This document shows, piece after piece, positions 46,780-57,728 of a DNA stretch of 64,000 nucleotides; the first letter of the stretch is position 1, and every line of letters begins with the position of its first letter. The stretch is from contig JBFMAF010000036.1 in the NCBI GenBank assembly GCA_040755995.1, forward strand, positions 128,001 to 192,000, read 5' to 3'. Both the position numbers and the translations under genes were made by a program. The notes beneath the pieces were generated by a model, which saw only the letters and a program-made list of their open reading frames with translations, was not told the DNA's origin and made no database searches. The stretch is from Acidobacteriota bacterium (GTDB lineage: Bacteria > Acidobacteriota > CAIWXX01).

Positions 46780-47082
46780 AACAGGGAGGCGCCGCCGCCC
46801 GCCTCTCATCGTGCCACGCCCCCGCAATTATTTCGCGGACCGAATAGCACAGCAGATGCGTATGTAGAAATGTGATTGTTCCCGGGCAAGAATGGAGAAC
46901 CCTGATATGGTGAATAGTGTGCCAGACAGCGATTCGCTGACGCCCAGATGGACGCGAGCGTTTGTCGCTGCAAAGGCCAGGCCGCCGGAAAAAGTGTATG
47001 CGGAGGCTTGTTGCCTCAGGAGGACCATCCTCCGGCAAGTGGTGCCCAACACGTCGAGCTCTTACGGGAAGGGGTGAATGAA

Positions 47083-49053
47083 ATGTTCTTCAGAGCCATT
47101 CTACTCACATGCATCAATCTGGCTGCCTTCGTCGCAGTCTGCGGGGCGGACCTGCGCTACGAGATCTCAGCCCAGCTCGTTCTGGACGAGAAGCTAATTC
47201 GCGCCCATGCGACGATGACGATTCCTTCCGATTTCCTGGATGTGCAGGGACGGATCAGCCTCGATGCCGAATCCGCAGGTGTCGATGCCGGCGGCAAGGC
47301 GCTGCTTCATGTCAATTCGATCTCCACCATCGCAAATGAGCGCCTCCGTTGGACATCGTCGGGCGGCACGATCACGGTCGAGCTTCCCAGGGAGGCCCGG
47401 GCCTCCACGGAGATCCCGCTCGTGGTGGACTACACCGTTCCGCTCGATCAGGAGGCTCTGAAGGCCTACGGCTACTATCTGCTTATGGGTGTGGATCCGG
47501 GATCGTTCTGGTACCCCGACGTCATCGGGCCGGGTGGAGATCGACCCAGGTTTCGGGATTTCGACGTGACTCTCAAGCATCCAAGAAACATGACGGTCGT
47601 CACGTCCGGCGCCCCTCATGAGGTCCAGACAGTCGGCGCCGATTCACTGGCCTCGCGATGGGTCGCCACACACGTGGAAGGATTCGCGCTGGCGATGGGC
47701 GAGGGGTTCGTCCAGGAACAGGTGGCGGCAGATGGGACGGCTGTGATTCTATTCTGCGAACCCCAGCTGGTCGAGACATACCGAAAGATCGCCGGTTACG
47801 CAGCCGAGGCCGTTGGCTGGTACAAGCAGACATACGGCTTCTTCCCGGTCAAACGAACTACAATTCTTCAGGGTCATTCGCTATGGGCCGGCGGCTATCC
47901 GCTGCCGAATGCCTTCATGGTCCATCGTGGAAAAACGGATCCCGAGTTCATGCGCTGGATCACCGCCCATGAGCTGGGGCACTACTACTGGGGTCTCTAT
48001 GTGCTGGGCTCAACCGAACGGCTCGACTGGCTCCAACTCGCCAACGGCATCTGGGCCGATCAGCTCTACATGGCCGAAAAAACGGGGAGGACCATCGAAG
48101 AACAATGGCGGGCGATGGGAAACGGCGATTGGTTCGTGGACTACTTCAGCGCAATGCTCGGCAACCACCCGCAGAGCCTCGATATTCCACCCGAGGAAGC
48201 AGACAACCTCGGCTTCGACTACAACTCGCTCGTGCGCCATGGCAAAGGAGCAGTCGGTCTCTACCTGCAGGCAAGGGGCCTGGGAAAAGAGAAGTTCCTC
48301 GACCTGCAACGAAGCATATTGAAAGACTACAAGTATCGCCCGCTCCCCTTGAGTGATTTCATCGAGCGGATCGAGAAGAGTGGAGCAGAAGGCGCAACAG
48401 GGTTTTTCAACAAGTGGCGGCGAGGAGACGCATGCATCAACTACTCGATCAGCGTAGACAAGATGGAACGGCACGCCGATATCATGCGCTATGCACTCGC
48501 TCTCACCCAAGACGGCACCGTGCCGTACCCCGTGACGGTCGAGGCTGAGGATGAACGGGGCCGTAAGGTGCGCGTGGAAGGCCACGGCGGCGAAGATGTG
48601 GAGGCGCTCACGGTCGACCTCAACGCTCCACTCTCACGCCTCCGCCTGGATCCCGACGGCATCGTGCCATCGCTGAATGCATCCAATCCGGCCATGCAGC
48701 TGGCGATTCTGAGAGCACTCTGGAACGAGAACCTCATGCCGATGTTCCGAATGATGGCAGCATCCTACCTGCGCGAACACCCAGGCAACGCCGAAGCCCG
48801 CCTGCTCGTAATAGCAGACGCCTTCACGTCCGCCCGATACCGCGACATCACAAGTCTGCTGACTACCGAAGATGCCAGAGCATGTTCCGATCTTGCGACA
48901 TGTCGTGCCGCAATCCTGCTGGCCCGCGCCATGGCTCGAATCGAAAAAGAGCCGGATGCGTCCGGTATCCTCGACGCGATTCGGCCCGTCGCCGATCGGC
49001 TCGGCCTGAAGCGTCGCTGGCAAGAGGCCTTCGACGAGATCGGCCGGCACTAG
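47083..49053 (+). CDS. secreted M1/gluzincin-like aminopeptidase homolog with TPR-like C-terminus
   Basis: Signal peptide; WYP, TAHELGHYYWG, FF..W and LDPD. Confidence 0.75.
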   Translation: MFFRAILLTCINLAAFVAVCGADLRYEISAQLVLDEKLIRAHATMTIPSDFLDVQGRISLDAESAGVDAGGKALLHVNSISTIANERLRWTSSGGTITVELPREARASTEIPLVVDYTVPLDQEALKAYGYYLLMGVDPGSFWYPDVIGPGGDRPRFRDFDVTLKHPRNMTVVTSGAPHEVQTVGADSLASRWVATHVEGFALAMGEGFVQEQVAADGTAVILFCEPQLVETYRKIAGYAAEAVGWYKQTYGFFPVKRTTILQGHSLWAGGYPLPNAFMVHRGKTDPEFMRWITAHELGHYYWGLYVLGSTERLDWLQLANGIWADQLYMAEKTGRTIEEQWRAMGNGDWFVDYFSAMLGNHPQSLDIPPEEADNLGFDYNSLVRHGKGAVGLYLQARGLGKEKFLDLQRSILKDYKYRPLPLSDFIERIEKSGAEGATGFFNKWRRGDACINYSISVDKMERHADIMRYALALTQDGTVPYPVTVEAEDERGRKVRVEGHGGEDVEALTVDLNAPLSRLRLDPDGIVPSLNASNPAMQLAILRALWNENLMPMFRMMAASYLREHPGNAEARLLVIADAFTSARYRDITSLLTTEDARACSDLATCRAAILLARAMARIEKEPDASGILDAIRPVADRLGLKRRWQEAFDEIGRH

Positions 49054-49363
49054 AAGCTGCGCGATCAGCATGCCGAGAATGAAGCTGCCGAAATGTGCCT
49101 ATGCCAGCCCTCCGCGGCTCTCATCCCGACTTCCGATTTCCAGCGGCTCATGCCTCTGGCTACGTTCCGCTCGACCATGCCCCAGCGCCCATCGCGCGCG
49201 CAGCGCTGGCAACGGCGGCTGCGAAGCACGCTAAGAGCAGCTGCGCGCAGGGACAAACAACCGAACCGCGTCCAGCGTGGTATACTGGCGAAGGATGTAT
49301 TACGGCTTGAACAGCGCAAGTATCCGCTGAGAAAAATAGACAGCCACAGGCGAGGTGAAGTCC

Positions 49364-49630
49364 ATGTCCACGATAACGTTTGCCATCTCCGAGGATCTCT
49401 CTGAACAACTCGCGCCGTACCGCGAGCAACTGGAAACGCTCCTCCGTATTGGGCTGCGCGAAGTAAAAATGGGGGAGAGTCTGGCGCTGTTCAAGCAGGG
49501 CGACATCTCTTTGTGGAAAGCGGCGCGGCTGGCTGGAGTCTCACTCCGCGAGATGACGCAGTTTGCCGTGGCGCACGGGGTGCGCGGAGTGGCCGATGAG
49601 GAGACCTTACGCGAGGAACTTGCATGCTAG
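49364..49630 (+). CDS. UPF0175-family antitoxin
   Basis: LALFKQGDISLWKAARLAGVS..E, EETLREEL; SD GAGGTG. Confidence 0.85.
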   Translation: MSTITFAISEDLSEQLAPYREQLETLLRIGLREVKMGESLALFKQGDISLWKAARLAGVSLREMTQFAVAHGVRGVADEETLREELAC

Positions 49631-50139
49631 TCGTGAGCAATGCAGGCCCCCTGATTGCTTTGGGCAAGCTGGGACAGTTGGGCCTGTTGGAAAAGCTCTA
49701 AGGAATCGTCCGCATCCCTCGCGAGGTCTACGCTGAGGTGGTAACCAACGGTTTGCACCTCGGGGCTCCCGAGGCCCAGACGATTGACTGGCTTGTGCGA
49801 CAGGACCGCGTGCAAGTCGTGCCGGTAGCATTGCCGACACCGCTCCCGCCCTGGGCCGGGCCGATTGACATCGGCGAAGTAGAGGTAATCCTGTTAGCGC
49901 AAGTACAGGGAGCAGATTGGGTGCTAATCGACAACGCGCACGCCCGCCGACCTGCGCGCCGAGCCGGGGTGCCGCTCAAAGGCACAATCGGCGTCCTCCT
50001 GGAAGCTTTCCGGCGCCGCTACCTCACGCTGCACGAATTCGAGCTCTTGATGCAGGAGATTCGAGCGAACCCCGAACTATGGATTAGCGAACAGCTCTGC
50101 GAATGGGCCGTCGCGCGTGCTAGAGAGACAAGCAAGTAA
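49624..50139 (+). pseudogene. DUF3368 PIN-domain toxin with in-frame TAA at codon 26
   Basis: MLVVSNAGPLIALGKLGQLGLLEKL*GIVRIPREVYAEV...IDIGEVEVI..LID...R..A...G...GTIGVL; stop at 49699-49701. Confidence 0.85.
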
Positions 50140-50216
50140 TTCATCAGAGCCAACTCTCGACACCCTGCGCCGCCAGGACAGCCTCGCCGGATTCATCGGC
50201 CCCGGGCCGCGCCTCG

Positions 50217-52091
50217 CTAGAACTCCCTCAGCGTTTCCTGTATTCCCTTGTGGACCTCGTACCAGTAGCTCAGCGACGCTTCGTGCTTGTCCTTCTCGAA
50301 CTCGTCGATCCAGCGGCGGAGCTCGGCGCTGGCGTCGCCGTCGACCGTCTGCCTGCGCTTCATGAACGCATAGACGAAATCGCTGCACCTCTCGGATTCC
50401 CAGTATAGCGATGCGTTCCGGCTGTTGATCCGGCAGGCGGTGAGGCGAATGCTCGCCAGGAACGCCTCCCTGGCGCCCCAGAGCGTTTCCACGATGTCGG
50501 GCAGCATCTCCTCGGCCCAGTTCCGGTGGAAGCGGCAGGTGCCGAGGTTGTCGAGGATCAGCTCCTGGCGCATCCGTTGGGCGTTCTTCCTGCCGAGCTC
50601 GCGCGGCGGCAGGAACTCGGGGCCGTAGTGCTGATAGTACTTGCCCATGATCGGCATTGGAGCCAGCACGCCCGGCGACCAGTACTGGTTCGGTACTACC
50701 CAGCCTCCTCGCGCGAAAGCGCAGTAGAGAAACGCGTCGAGAACCGCCTTGCCCTTGGCGCGCGCGAGGTGCCTGGCCATCCTGCGAGCGCCCAGGTGAA
50801 GGTCGAGCACCCCGCGTTTCTCGAGGATCGCACCGATGAGATCGATCCCCAGTTCCGCGTTGTGCATCGAGTCTGCCTCGATGCTGAACCCCTTCGGCGA
50901 GAAGACCGGTTTGGTGTCGACACCGAGCTCCTCTGGCGATAGCAGGTCCTTCGAGAGGCACTCGAAGAGCCACGCGAGAACGCCTCCGACAGAGATCGCG
51001 TCGAAGCCGTTCGAATCAGCGGCCCGATTCAGCTTCTCCGCGGCTCGCTGGTCGAAAATGCCTGTGAGCGGTCCCATCGTCTGATATGGCTCGTAATCCT
51101 TCTTGAACTCGTCTCGCATCTTCTTGCAAACCGCGGAACAGGGTTCGCCGCAGTTCCGCTGCTGCTTTGTCGCGATGGTCTCTTCATTGAACTGCTTCAG
51201 GTAGTGATTGACAATGAACTTCTCGTGCAGCTCCAGCCGCTCGGCTTCCTCCATGTAGATGCTGTTGTAGTTGAACGCAATGATTCGTCCGCGCAACGTG
51301 GCGTAGTTCACGCCGAAGGTCCCCCCGGTGTTGAACGCGGGATCGTAACGATACTTGGTCGTGGCTTCGAAGTCCTTCGCAGCGAGCTTCTTGCTGTAAC
51401 GCTCCTGGAACCAATTGTCGGCCACTTTTCGGTCGAGGACGTCCTCGTCGATGGTGGTCCCGCCGTAAATGACGGCGGCGATGCCGTGCTCTCGGAGCAT
51501 CTTCGTGCCGAAGCCGCCTCGTCCCGCCCAGGTGTCCACATGTGTAAGCCCGCTCTCGGAGATGGGAACGGAGCCGATCGCACCGAAGTCGGTATTGCGC
51601 GCCGCCGGGCCCACCGCGAGGATGCGGGGCGGAGTCTTGTAGGAGTCGGCGAATCGCTCGTGGACGTAGTCCATCAGCGAGTAGATCCCGCCGCGGCCCT
51701 CCCGCCAGATGCGTCCCACCTCGATCGGCGTGATCTGCACCTGCACATCCTCGCCGTGCAAACGGTTGAGCGCGAGGACGGACGGCACCGGGGCCTTGCC
51801 CATGAGCGACACCATGTCGACGCCCAGGTTGTTGAACACAAGCCCAGCCCCGCCCATCGACGAAACGTAGAAGCCATGCCAGCACGGCGAGAACCCGCTG
51901 AAGACGAGGCGGTTGGAGCCGGGTATGATCGACCCGGCCAGCAACCCGATGCCGATGTTGAGGCTGTTGTGCTTGGCGGCAAGATGCAGGCCGAGATCGA
52001 CTGGCCCGAAGAAATCCCTCATGCTGAATCGCTCGACCCTGTAAAACCCCGACCGTGCGTCGATCAGCAGAACTTTGAGATGAGGTTCCAT
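50217..52091 (-). CDS. W/Mo aldehyde:ferredoxin oxidoreductase family, GAPOR-like
   Basis: WAGRGGFG, GGTFGVNY, CGEPCSAVCKK..KDYEPY, GFDAI and DNLG.CRFHR.W; SD GGAGG before ATG at 52091. Confidence 0.8.
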   Translation of the reverse strand: MEPHLKVLLIDARSGFYRVERFSMRDFFGPVDLGLHLAAKHNSLNIGIGLLAGSIIPGSNRLVFSGFSPCWHGFYVSSMGGAGLVFNNLGVDMVSLMGKAPVPSVLALNRLHGEDVQVQITPIEVGRIWREGRGGIYSLMDYVHERFADSYKTPPRILAVGPAARNTDFGAIGSVPISESGLTHVDTWAGRGGFGTKMLREHGIAAVIYGGTTIDEDVLDRKVADNWFQERYSKKLAAKDFEATTKYRYDPAFNTGGTFGVNYATLRGRIIAFNYNSIYMEEAERLELHEKFIVNHYLKQFNEETIATKQQRNCGEPCSAVCKKMRDEFKKDYEPYQTMGPLTGIFDQRAAEKLNRAADSNGFDAISVGGVLAWLFECLSKDLLSPEELGVDTKPVFSPKGFSIEADSMHNAELGIDLIGAILEKRGVLDLHLGARRMARHLARAKGKAVLDAFLYCAFARGGWVVPNQYWSPGVLAPMPIMGKYYQHYGPEFLPPRELGRKNAQRMRQELILDNLGTCRFHRNWAEEMLPDIVETLWGAREAFLASIRLTACRINSRNASLYWESERCSDFVYAFMKRRQTVDGDASAELRRWIDEFEKDKHEASLSYWYEVHKGIQETLREF

Positions 52092-52699
52092 GGCTCCTCC
52101 ACGCCTGCCGTCAATTATAGGCGTTGTGGGCTCCCCGAAGGAAACGACCTGCGATGCCACGGTGACCCTGCTACCGAGCCCCTCTTGCAGAGATAGCGGG
52201 ACCGGGGCTCGGTCGATCCGGCTGAAGCCGGGTGGGGGTGGGGCGGTCGCCTTGCAGCATAACTCTCGGCAAGCACACGAGATGACTACGGCGGATGTCG
52301 CGTTTCCAAGCGAGCATTTCCGCTTACGATTGCGGGGCGGACCAATGTGGAGACGTCGGCCCACGTCACCCGCCGTCGATGCGGAGAGCACAAATCCGTG
52401 GGGGCCGACAGCGCGCGATCCTCGGATGTGCCGACCGAGCGGCCGAGCCCGCGCGCCAGGTACGCCGAAGTGATCATTTGCACTGATCACGCCGACGGGG
52501 CGATCGAGTGTTCCTTCACAACATGGCAGATCTCCAAGTGGTTTTCGTTCCACCCATGACCGGGCTTGCCACGCAGGAGCCGGTGTACCAGCCGCCCAAG
52601 ACCGAGCAGCTCCTCGGCCAGGCGACTCCGGGCGAGGTGCTGCGGAACCTGACCCGATACTGAACCCCCCCTACGAGGAGCCGCGGGAACACTGGAGTA

Positions 52700-54925
52700 T
52701 CATCGAGGGGGAACCGCCACGGAGAGTCCCGGGCCGAGGTGCTGCTCGAGGAAGCGCGCCGTGCGCTTCATCAAATCCATCCGGCACTCCTGCCAGTAGG
52801 TGAGTGTGTGATTGGAGCGTGGATAGAACGCCACGTCGAACGTCTTCCCGGACTCGAGCAGCTTCTGGACGAGCCTGACGGTGTCCTGAAATAGCACGTT
52901 GTCGTCCTGCATGCCGTGGATGATCAGGAGAGGGTCGGCGAGGCCGTTCACGTGCGTGATGGGCGATGTCCGTGTGTAGACGTCGGGGAACTCCACCGGA
53001 CGCCCGAGGCGCTGCGCCGTGTAGTCGTCCGTGTAGAGGCGCCAGTCGCTCACCGGCTTCCAGGCAACCCCCGCCTGGAACGCACCCGGGTGCGTGAACA
53101 GCGTCATGAGTGTCAAGAAGCCGCCGTAGCTGGATCCCCATATCCCGATCCGGGCCGGATCGACGAAGGGCAACGAGCGGAGGTACTTCGCGGCGCTCAC
53201 GGCCTCGGCGGAATCCACGATCCCCATCTTCTGATAGTAGCCGTAGTGAAAGTCGCGGCCGTAACCGGCGCTCGCGCGGAAGTCGACTCGCAGGATGACG
53301 AAGCCCAGCTGCTCTGCCATGTACATGTCGAGCAGGTCGTACTGGTGCCATTCGTTCCTGGCGGTGCCCGCATAGACGTTGCTGACCACCGCCGGGTACT
53401 TCTTCGACGGGTCGAGATCCATGGGTTTGAGAAGCAGTCCGCGCAGGATGCAGCCGTCTTCTTCGTTCGCAAACTCGACGTACTCGGGCTCGGGTCTAAC
53501 CACGGACGCAAGTCCGGGAGGCTCGGTCTTCAGCACTACTCGCGGCGCGCCTCCGGACGGATCAAGCAGCAGCAGGTCGGGCGGGTGCAGATATCGCGAG
53601 TACGTCGCGGCGCATCGCCGTCCGTCGTCCGAGACGGCCGGCAGGTAGCTCCCCGGAGCAGTGCTGAGCCTGCGCGGAGCGCCTCCGGCAGGCGGGAGCA
53701 TGCAAACATGCCTTTCGCGCGGGTCCGGCTGCGACGAGGTGAAGACGATTTCGGATCCCTTCGGTGGCACTGTCAGCGAGAGCACGTCCCAGGGACCTTT
53801 CGTCAGCTGCACCGCGGGTCCTCCGGCGGCAGGCACCGAGTAGATGTGCCGGTATCCATCCTTCTCGGATGTGAGAAGGATGCCCGAACCGTCGGGACTC
53901 CAGAGCGCGTCAATGTGCCAGAAGAAAGGATGCTGCTTCTCCTCGTATACCTTCCTGAGCGCCAGCGTGGCTCGATCCGCCACCAGGATGCGCCGGAGCG
54001 AGTAGCTCCCGTCGTTCCAGTTGATCAGAAGCGACTTCGAATCGGGCGACCACGCGAAGCTCCGATTGTACTCAGTCTCGCTGTTATTGAACCAGGCCTC
54101 GCCGCCCCATTCGACCCACCGAATCCTACCGCCGTCTCGACCTACTACACCGAGCATCGTCTCGAAAACCGGCATGCCCGTGTAACTGCGCTTCCAGGGC
54201 GAGGTCTCCGTACGGTCCGGGAGATAGTCGGGAATGACGATGTCTTCGAGGGCCTTGGTGTCCCAGAGCATCAGCGCGATGGCCGATCCATCAGGACTCC
54301 ACTCGTACTCCTGAATGGGCGAGACCGCGGGGTAGGCTGAGACCGGCTTGTTCGCGCTGAGCGCCGTCAGCTGGCGCGTGCCGCCTGTGCGAAGATCGAC
54401 CGTCCACAGATTCTGCGATCGTACGAACGAAAGCAGCGTCCCATCGGGAGAATACCGCAGGTCTGACTCGGACGTCTGCGAGCGGACGATCTCGCGGACG
54501 GGGTCGCGGCCCGCAGAACCGATCATGAACAGATCACCGTGCAGGACAAAAGCCAGGCTGCGCGAATCCGGAGACCATACGAACTCAGAGATGCCGCGGT
54601 CGTAGGCCTCCTCCTCTGCCTGTTGCTCCGGCGTCTTGACATCGCCTTCCGTCTGGATGCGTGCCATGGTCTTCACGTCAGTCAGGCGCCGTACGTTCCC
54701 ATCGACGGCCCGGACGAGATATATGTCCCGAAATCTCTCACCCTGCGCGTTCCAAAGAAAGGCGAGCGTGGTCGAATCCGGAGACCAAGATAGCGCCGAT
54801 GGCGCGGTTCCGTAAATGTTCGGATAGGCGAACAGCCGGTCGAGCGAGTAGTCCTTCTCTGCGAACGCAGGCGTTCCCAGGAAGAACGAGAACAAGATAG
54901 TTGCGGCACATGTGTTCTTTCTCAT
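52700..54925 (-). CDS. S9 family (DPP IV-like) serine peptidase
   Basis: Signal peptide; WSPD propeller repeats; GIWGSSYGG, HGMQDDNV and H. Confidence 0.95.
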   Translation of the reverse strand: MRKNTCAATILFSFFLGTPAFAEKDYSLDRLFAYPNIYGTAPSALSWSPDSTTLAFLWNAQGERFRDIYLVRAVDGNVRRLTDVKTMARIQTEGDVKTPEQQAEEEAYDRGISEFVWSPDSRSLAFVLHGDLFMIGSAGRDPVREIVRSQTSESDLRYSPDGTLLSFVRSQNLWTVDLRTGGTRQLTALSANKPVSAYPAVSPIQEYEWSPDGSAIALMLWDTKALEDIVIPDYLPDRTETSPWKRSYTGMPVFETMLGVVGRDGGRIRWVEWGGEAWFNNSETEYNRSFAWSPDSKSLLINWNDGSYSLRRILVADRATLALRKVYEEKQHPFFWHIDALWSPDGSGILLTSEKDGYRHIYSVPAAGGPAVQLTKGPWDVLSLTVPPKGSEIVFTSSQPDPRERHVCMLPPAGGAPRRLSTAPGSYLPAVSDDGRRCAATYSRYLHPPDLLLLDPSGGAPRVVLKTEPPGLASVVRPEPEYVEFANEEDGCILRGLLLKPMDLDPSKKYPAVVSNVYAGTARNEWHQYDLLDMYMAEQLGFVILRVDFRASAGYGRDFHYGYYQKMGIVDSAEAVSAAKYLRSLPFVDPARIGIWGSSYGGFLTLMTLFTHPGAFQAGVAWKPVSDWRLYTDDYTAQRLGRPVEFPDVYTRTSPITHVNGLADPLLIIHGMQDDNVLFQDTVRLVQKLLESGKTFDVAFYPRSNHTLTYWQECRMDLMKRTARFLEQHLGPGLSVAVPPR

Positions 54926-55165
54926 CTAGTGGCGCTCCAGCCGTTGTAGTAGGTGCTCATCGTGGGTCGCGGTGGCTCCCGTTGGGGAGGGCTCGACTCG
55001 ATCGCAACAATATCCTAGCCTCAAGTTCAACTGAGCTGTGGGATTCTCACACAACACGCGGTAGTACGGCAACATCGCAGGCATCGCAGCATCGCAGGCG
55101 CAGGCAGGCCAGCGTCGTCGTCCGGGCGCTTTTCTGTTACAATCTCGCGCCGTGTGAGAATCGGG

Positions 55166-57676
55166 ATGAAGTCTCGAGTTCAGCCCGTCTACGTCCTGTT
55201 CGTGGTCTCGGGCTTCTGCGCCCTCGTGTACGAGACGATCTGGCTGCGGATCTTCGCGATCTACTGCGGCAACACCACGTTTGCCGTCACGGCTGTCCTT
55301 ACGGCGTTCATGGCCGGGCTGGGCATCGGAAGCTACCTCATCGGCAAGCTGGTTGACCGTTCGCCGCAGCCGCTGCGCGTGTACGCCTTGATGGAGTTCC
55401 TGATCGCCGTCTACGCCTGGCTGCTGCCGCACTTGACGGCCCAGCTCAAACCTTCTTTCGGGTTCCTCACCAACAGCCTTCAGAACTACTTCTTCCCGAT
55501 GAATCTCGGCCGCTTCGCGCTGGTGCTCGTGCTGCTCCTCTTTCCCACCGCGATGATGGGCGGCACGCTGCCGGCGCTTGTGAAGGCGCTGGGGGGTGAG
55601 CGAGGACAGACGGCAAGCAGGCTGGCCGTCTTGTATGCGATGAACACTCTCGGAGGTGCTCTGGGCACTGGAGTTGCCGGTTTCTACATGATCGGCTCGC
55701 TGGGGCTGGAGAGAACACAGCGGTGGGCAATCCTGATCAACTTCGCGGTGGCTGCCGGCGCCTACCTGATGTCACGGCTCAGCGACTACTCCAGCGCCAG
55801 TGTCCCCCCGATGCAGCTCGCTCCTCCAACCAGGCCGCCGCAGAATTTCCTGCTGGTCTGTTTCGGGCTTGCCGGGTTCGCCGCGTTGGCCTATGAGGTC
55901 GTCTCCCTCCGGTTGCTCCTCTTTCTGCTCCCTTACGGATACAACAACGTCTACGTGTTCTCCACGGTTCTGGTCACATTCCTCTTCGGCATTTTTGCCG
56001 GCAGCATCCTCGTGGCCAGGTACATCGAATCCCTGCGCGACCCGTTGCGCACGGCTGGAGTCATCCAGATCGCACTCGCCTTGAGCACCGGCCTCTCGCT
56101 GCCTGTGCTGGCGCTCCTGCTGAAGGTGGCGCCGGCGGGCGAGGCCGTCCCGGAGTTCTCGACGCGCGCGTTCTACTCGTTTCTGTTCTCCTTCCTGGTA
56201 CTGCTGCCGCCCACCGCCCTGATGGGTGCCGCCCTCCCTGTTTACGGGCGGCTCGGCATGGCCAACTACGCACGCCTGGGCACAGACGTCGGCCGGATCT
56301 ACGCGGCCAACACCTTCGGCAACATCGCCGGGGCTTTTCTCGGCGGGTTCGTCCTGATCCCGTTCCTGGGTCTTCAGAAGTCGTTCGCGCTGATCCTGCT
56401 TGTCTACATGTTCGTAGGCGTGTCACTGTACGGAGCTGCTGAGCCACCCGGGAAGCAGCGCAGGTACAAGCGATACGCCCTGGCCATCTCTCTGGCTGCC
56501 ATACTGGTGGTCCTGATTCTGCCATTCTCGCGCCTCGCCGAGCCCGAGCCCCCGTACAAGCTGCTGCACTACTCCGAGGGAATCAGCTCGACTCTGATGG
56601 TCCTGCAACAGGGTCCGGATTGCGTGCTCCAGATCAACGACTTCGTCGCGGCCGGGACCGATTATGAGCACCTGCGCAACCAGCGAATGATGGCCTATCT
56701 GCCCTTGCTGCTCCACAAGGATCCCAGGAATGCGCTAGTGATATGCCTCGGCACGGGAACAACCGCAGGTGCGCTCGCCCTGTATCCGCCGATGACGAGA
56801 ATCACGGTGGTCGAGATCGACGAGCAGGTTCCCGACGCGCTCAACTACTTCTCCAAGGCCAACTTCAGCCTGCGGCTCTCGCGCAAGGCGAAGGTGGTGG
56901 TCGAGGACGGACGCGCATTCATGGAGTTCGACCCGGGGCGATACGACATCATCACCGGCGAGCCCCTCCACCCCAAGCGCGCAGGAACCGTGAATCTGTA
57001 TACCAGCGAGTATTACAAGCACGGCCTGGATCATCTGGCCGATGGCGGCATCTTCGCCCAGTGGCTCCCCGATCACGCGCTGACCCGGTCCGAGTTCTGC
57101 TCGATAATGAAAGCATTCGGCGACGTCTTCCCCCACTGCTACCTCTGGATGGGCGAGCAGCTGGTGATGCTCGGCACGCGCCAGCCCTTGCGGCCTGATT
57201 TCGAGCAGGTGGTTGCGAGGTCGCAGATGGAGGAGGTCCGGGCAGGGCTTTATGAGATCGACTTCGACGATCCGATCATCGTGCTGTGCGGCTTCCTGGC
57301 TTGGGACGACAACTTCCGCAGCTATGCCGCCCAGGCCAGGCAGCTCACCGACGACCTGCCCTGGATCGAGTTCTCGCGCGACCTGGAGAACCACAACCTG
57401 ATCCGCGACATCTTCTCTCGGCGCGCGAGCTTCCTGCCCATGGTCAATGGGCTTGATGCGAGCTCCGAGGAGTTCGCCGCCGCCTACGCGAGCCAGGTGC
57501 GATACGGTGCCGCCATCGCGGCCCTGCTGGACGGCCAGCTCCCTGCTGCGATCGCAGGGTTTGAAGAGAGCCTGCGGCTCAGGCCCGACCGGCGCGCCGA
57601 GCGCTGGCTCCGGACCGCCCGCGCGATGCTCGCCCAGAGCCGCTCGCAGGCTCCCGCACTACAGGGCCACCCGTAG
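55166..57676 (+). CDS. fused MFS-like membrane / spermidine synthase-like protein
   Basis: SGFCALVYE..W, YAMNTLG, YAANTFG; LVICLGTGTT, VVEID, EDGR, YDII and NLYTSEYY. Confidence 0.9.
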   Translation: MKSRVQPVYVLFVVSGFCALVYETIWLRIFAIYCGNTTFAVTAVLTAFMAGLGIGSYLIGKLVDRSPQPLRVYALMEFLIAVYAWLLPHLTAQLKPSFGFLTNSLQNYFFPMNLGRFALVLVLLLFPTAMMGGTLPALVKALGGERGQTASRLAVLYAMNTLGGALGTGVAGFYMIGSLGLERTQRWAILINFAVAAGAYLMSRLSDYSSASVPPMQLAPPTRPPQNFLLVCFGLAGFAALAYEVVSLRLLLFLLPYGYNNVYVFSTVLVTFLFGIFAGSILVARYIESLRDPLRTAGVIQIALALSTGLSLPVLALLLKVAPAGEAVPEFSTRAFYSFLFSFLVLLPPTALMGAALPVYGRLGMANYARLGTDVGRIYAANTFGNIAGAFLGGFVLIPFLGLQKSFALILLVYMFVGVSLYGAAEPPGKQRRYKRYALAISLAAILVVLILPFSRLAEPEPPYKLLHYSEGISSTLMVLQQGPDCVLQINDFVAAGTDYEHLRNQRMMAYLPLLLHKDPRNALVICLGTGTTAGALALYPPMTRITVVEIDEQVPDALNYFSKANFSLRLSRKAKVVVEDGRAFMEFDPGRYDIITGEPLHPKRAGTVNLYTSEYYKHGLDHLADGGIFAQWLPDHALTRSEFCSIMKAFGDVFPHCYLWMGEQLVMLGTRQPLRPDFEQVVARSQMEEVRAGLYEIDFDDPIIVLCGFLAWDDNFRSYAAQARQLTDDLPWIEFSRDLENHNLIRDIFSRRASFLPMVNGLDASSEEFAAAYASQVRYGAAIAALLDGQLPAAIAGFEESLRLRPDRRAERWLRTARAMLAQSRSQAPALQGHP

Positions 57677-57728
57677 CGGGGCGAAGGGCGGCGACGCTTC
57701 TCAGGTCGAGAGGACGCGCCTCGCGCCC

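Noticed and set aside
52440..52663. Coding-like stretch with in-frame TGA (…KWFSFHP*PGLATQEPVYQPPK…), considered as a selenoprotein
   Set aside because: No redox-motif context, no clear start and no identifiable SECIS. More likely a decayed gene fragment.
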